Below, in pieces: positions 61,772 to 64,000 of a stretch of 64,000 bases of DNA. This DNA comes from a virus (lineage: Duplodnaviria; Heunggongvirae; Uroviricota; Caudoviricetes), in the IMG/VR virus record IMGVR_UViG_2695420521_000002, positions 32,001-96,000 of that record. One strand, 5' to 3'. The notes beneath the pieces were generated by a model. That model did no database searches and was not told where the DNA came from. It worked only from the letters and a program-made list of their open reading frames with translations. Every line of letters starts with the position of its first letter. Position 1 is the stretch's first letter. Position numbers and translations under genes: made by a program.

Positions 61772-64000
61772 ATGAATGACGTTACAGTTGTTACATCAGT
61801 TACTTACCCATCGCCCGAGTCACTGGCTCTGGTGGCTGATGTGCAATACCACGAACCATATCTGTCAGCCGCGCTAAACCGAAAATTCAGGGGAATTGTT
61901 GACCCTGGATTTTATGCAGGTTTCTTGCCGAAGCCTGGCGGTGGGATGAACCTGTTAATCACCTCAGTGGATGGTGATAAAACTGCTGGCGCTGCGTCAG
62001 TGGATATTGGTGAATTCTACCAGGTAACTATTCAGCACCGTAAGGATATTTCTCTTGCACTTAGTGCAGGCAAGAAATATGCAATTGTGCTGAAGGGAAG
62101 ATACCTCCTTGGAGAGGATACCTATCAGGTTAATACCGCGTCACATATTCATGCGGCTGAATTTGTTGCCAGAACCTATACCGATTCATATCAGTTAGGA
62201 GATGGGGAGCTGCTTGTTTGTACGGTGAATATCCCTGCTGGCGTATCAGCCATTACCCAGGAGATGATTGATACATCCGAGCGTATTAACCGCACGATCG
62301 GCATTGATATTTCAGACTCTGTAACCAGTAGCAGAAGTGATGTTGCGGCAAGTTCGCTGGCAGTTAAAAAAGCCTACGATCTGGCGAAAAGTAAGTATAC
62401 GGCGCAGGATGCAAGCACAACGCAAAAGGGATTAGTTCAGCTCAGTAGCGAAACTAACAGCGACAGCGAAACAATGGCTGCTACCCCTAAAGCAGTTAAG
62501 TCTGTAAAAGATCTTGCTGATACCAAAGCGCCAATAGAAAGCCCGAGTCTGACAGGAACGCCAACCGCGCCGACGGCAGCGCAAGGTACAAATAGCACGC
62601 AGATCGCAAATACAGCCTTTGTTAAGGCAGCTATAACGGCACTTATCAACGGCGCACCTGGCACACTGGATACGCTTAAAGAAATAGCTGCTGCGATCAA
62701 TAACGACCCGAATTTCAGCACAACTATCAACAATGCTCTGGCTCTTAAAGCTCCTTTAGCAAGTCCTGCATTAACGGGAATACCTACTGCGCCTACCGCT
62801 GCACAGGGTACGAATAACACGCAGATTGCTACGACCGCTTATGTAAGAGCTGCCATATCCGCATTGGTTGGTTCATCACCAGAAGCTCTTGATACCCTGA
62901 ATGAGCTTGCCGCAGCACTTGGTAATGACCCTAACTTTGCGACAACAATGACAAATGCGCTGGCAGGCAAACAGCCTCTGGATGCAACTTTAACCGCGCT
63001 TGCTGGTCTTGCGACAGGCGCAAATAAATTGCCGTACTTTACCGGTACAGACACTGTTTCTCAGACAGACTTAACGTCAGTCGGTCGCGATATTCTGGCC
63101 AAAACAAGCGTTCTTGCTGTTATCCAATACCTTGGTTTAAGAGAACTCGGTACCAGCGGTGAAAAGATCCCCCTGTTGAGCACGGCTAACACATGGAGTG
63201 CACGCCAGACTTTCAACGGCGGGATCACCGGCGCACTGACGGGGAACGCCGACACCGCAACGAAATTAAAAACAGCGCGGAAGATTAACAACGTTTCATT
63301 TGACGGTTCTGCGGACATAACGCTGACTCCTGCGAACCTTGACGTATACAGCAAAAGCGAAATAGACAATAAAAAAGGGATGCGTAAATACACGCTTACT
63401 GCACCATCTGGTGCAGTAAGTGGTAAGTGGTATCCCGTAGTTTTTCGTCGTTCATCTGGCGGTAATAGCGAGCTGGCATCGAGAGTGGTTATCACGACGG
63501 CATCAACCACTGGTAATTTCGCAATGAATAACTGCGAATTTAACGGGATGGTTATGTCCGGTGGCTGGTCAGACAGGGGGTCATATGCTGCTGGTTATTT
63601 CTGGACGTATCAGGCGGATGAGCGGGCTATTCACTCCATCATCTCAGGTGTTAAAGATGATGACAGGAGCTGCGTTTTTTACGTTGAAGCCAGAGCATTC
63701 CCGATACAGGTCTTTGCCGAAGAAGGTCTGAGCGTTGTACTTCCGACAGAAGATTACACGCTCGGACAGAGCACGTACAAATGGGGTGTAACAGACCCGG
63801 CGGCGGAAAGCACAAACGTACAGACGATTCTGGATTTTAAAGATGGGCGTGGTTATTACTGCTCGCATCCGTTTATTTCAAGCCTTTCAGGGAATGCAGC
63901 AACCGCAACGAAACTTGCAACGGCAAGAAAGATTTCAGGTGTGGCTTTTGATGGTTCTGCCGATATTACATTAACTGCTGAACATGTATCAGCATTTGCT
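61772..64000 (+). CDS. tail fibre protein, 3' end outside window
   Basis: open frame from ATG 61772 to window end (743 codons, no stop); tandem ~70-aa tail-fibre repeat and repeated FDGSADITLT motif. Confidence 0.8.
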   Translation, partial: MNDVTVVTSVTYPSPESLALVADVQYHEPYLSAALNRKFRGIVDPGFYAGFLPKPGGGMNLLITSVDGDKTAGAASVDIGEFYQVTIQHRKDISLALSAGKKYAIVLKGRYLLGEDTYQVNTASHIHAAEFVARTYTDSYQLGDGELLVCTVNIPAGVSAITQEMIDTSERINRTIGIDISDSVTSSRSDVAASSLAVKKAYDLAKSKYTAQDASTTQKGLVQLSSETNSDSETMAATPKAVKSVKDLADTKAPIESPSLTGTPTAPTAAQGTNSTQIANTAFVKAAITALINGAPGTLDTLKEIAAAINNDPNFSTTINNALALKAPLASPALTGIPTAPTAAQGTNNTQIATTAYVRAAISALVGSSPEALDTLNELAAALGNDPNFATTMTNALAGKQPLDATLTALAGLATGANKLPYFTGTDTVSQTDLTSVGRDILAKTSVLAVIQYLGLRELGTSGEKIPLLSTANTWSARQTFNGGITGALTGNADTATKLKTARKINNVSFDGSADITLTPANLDVYSKSEIDNKKGMRKYTLTAPSGAVSGKWYPVVFRRSSGGNSELASRVVITTASTTGNFAMNNCEFNGMVMSGGWSDRGSYAAGYFWTYQADERAIHSIISGVKDDDRSCVFYVEARAFPIQVFAEEGLSVVLPTEDYTLGQSTYKWGVTDPAAESTNVQTILDFKDGRGYYCSHPFISSLSGNAATATKLATARKISGVAFDGSADITLTAEHVSAFA

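Noticed and set aside
62437-63510. Three - strand ORFs inside the tail fibre gene
   Set aside because: Antisense to a continuous open + strand frame with tail-fibre repeat motifs.

Overview
This 64-kb window reads as a contiguous segment of a P1-family plasmid-prophage (enterobacterial phage-plasmid), in reverse orientation relative to the usual P1 map. Recognisable backbone, left to right: immunity C (coi, c1), pacB/pacA terminase with the pac hexamer cluster inside pacA, an lpa-like gene, phd-doc addiction module, lytic accessory genes (HAD-like phosphatase, Ser/Thr phosphatase, VRR-NUC nuclease), a baseplate operon, ban helicase, a tRNA cluster (Ile, Ser-like, Thr, Asn), Dmt bifunctional methyltransferase, RdgC-like hrdC, an embedded spanin pair, the plasmid replicon (oriR iterons, repA, incA iterons), parA-parB-parS, head/sheath genes, immunity I with the lytic replicon (c4 region, icd, ant, kilA, repL), and a late tail operon (Sit tape-measure/transglycosylase, baseplate genes, a tail fibre running off the window end). 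At least 14 C1-operator-like 17-mers and three copies of a late-promoter-like motif tie the region into one regulatory network. What departs from my recollection of canonical P1: (i) a second, full-length icd-ant module with its own operator between c1 and pacB, while the ant next to kilA-repL carries an in-frame TAG; (ii) an AT-rich island with a 1211-aa intimin/invasin-family adhesin where hot/lxr/humD would be expected; (iii) an AT-rich YeeE/YedE-family transporter gene; (iv) an Ail/Lom/OmpX-family outer-membrane protein; (v) AT-rich secreted proteins at the sim position; (vi) a possible fourth, class-II tRNA plus a strongly structured RNA region. No integrase, IS element or CRISPR array was seen. 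All calls are from reading the sequence and remembered family features; no database search was run.
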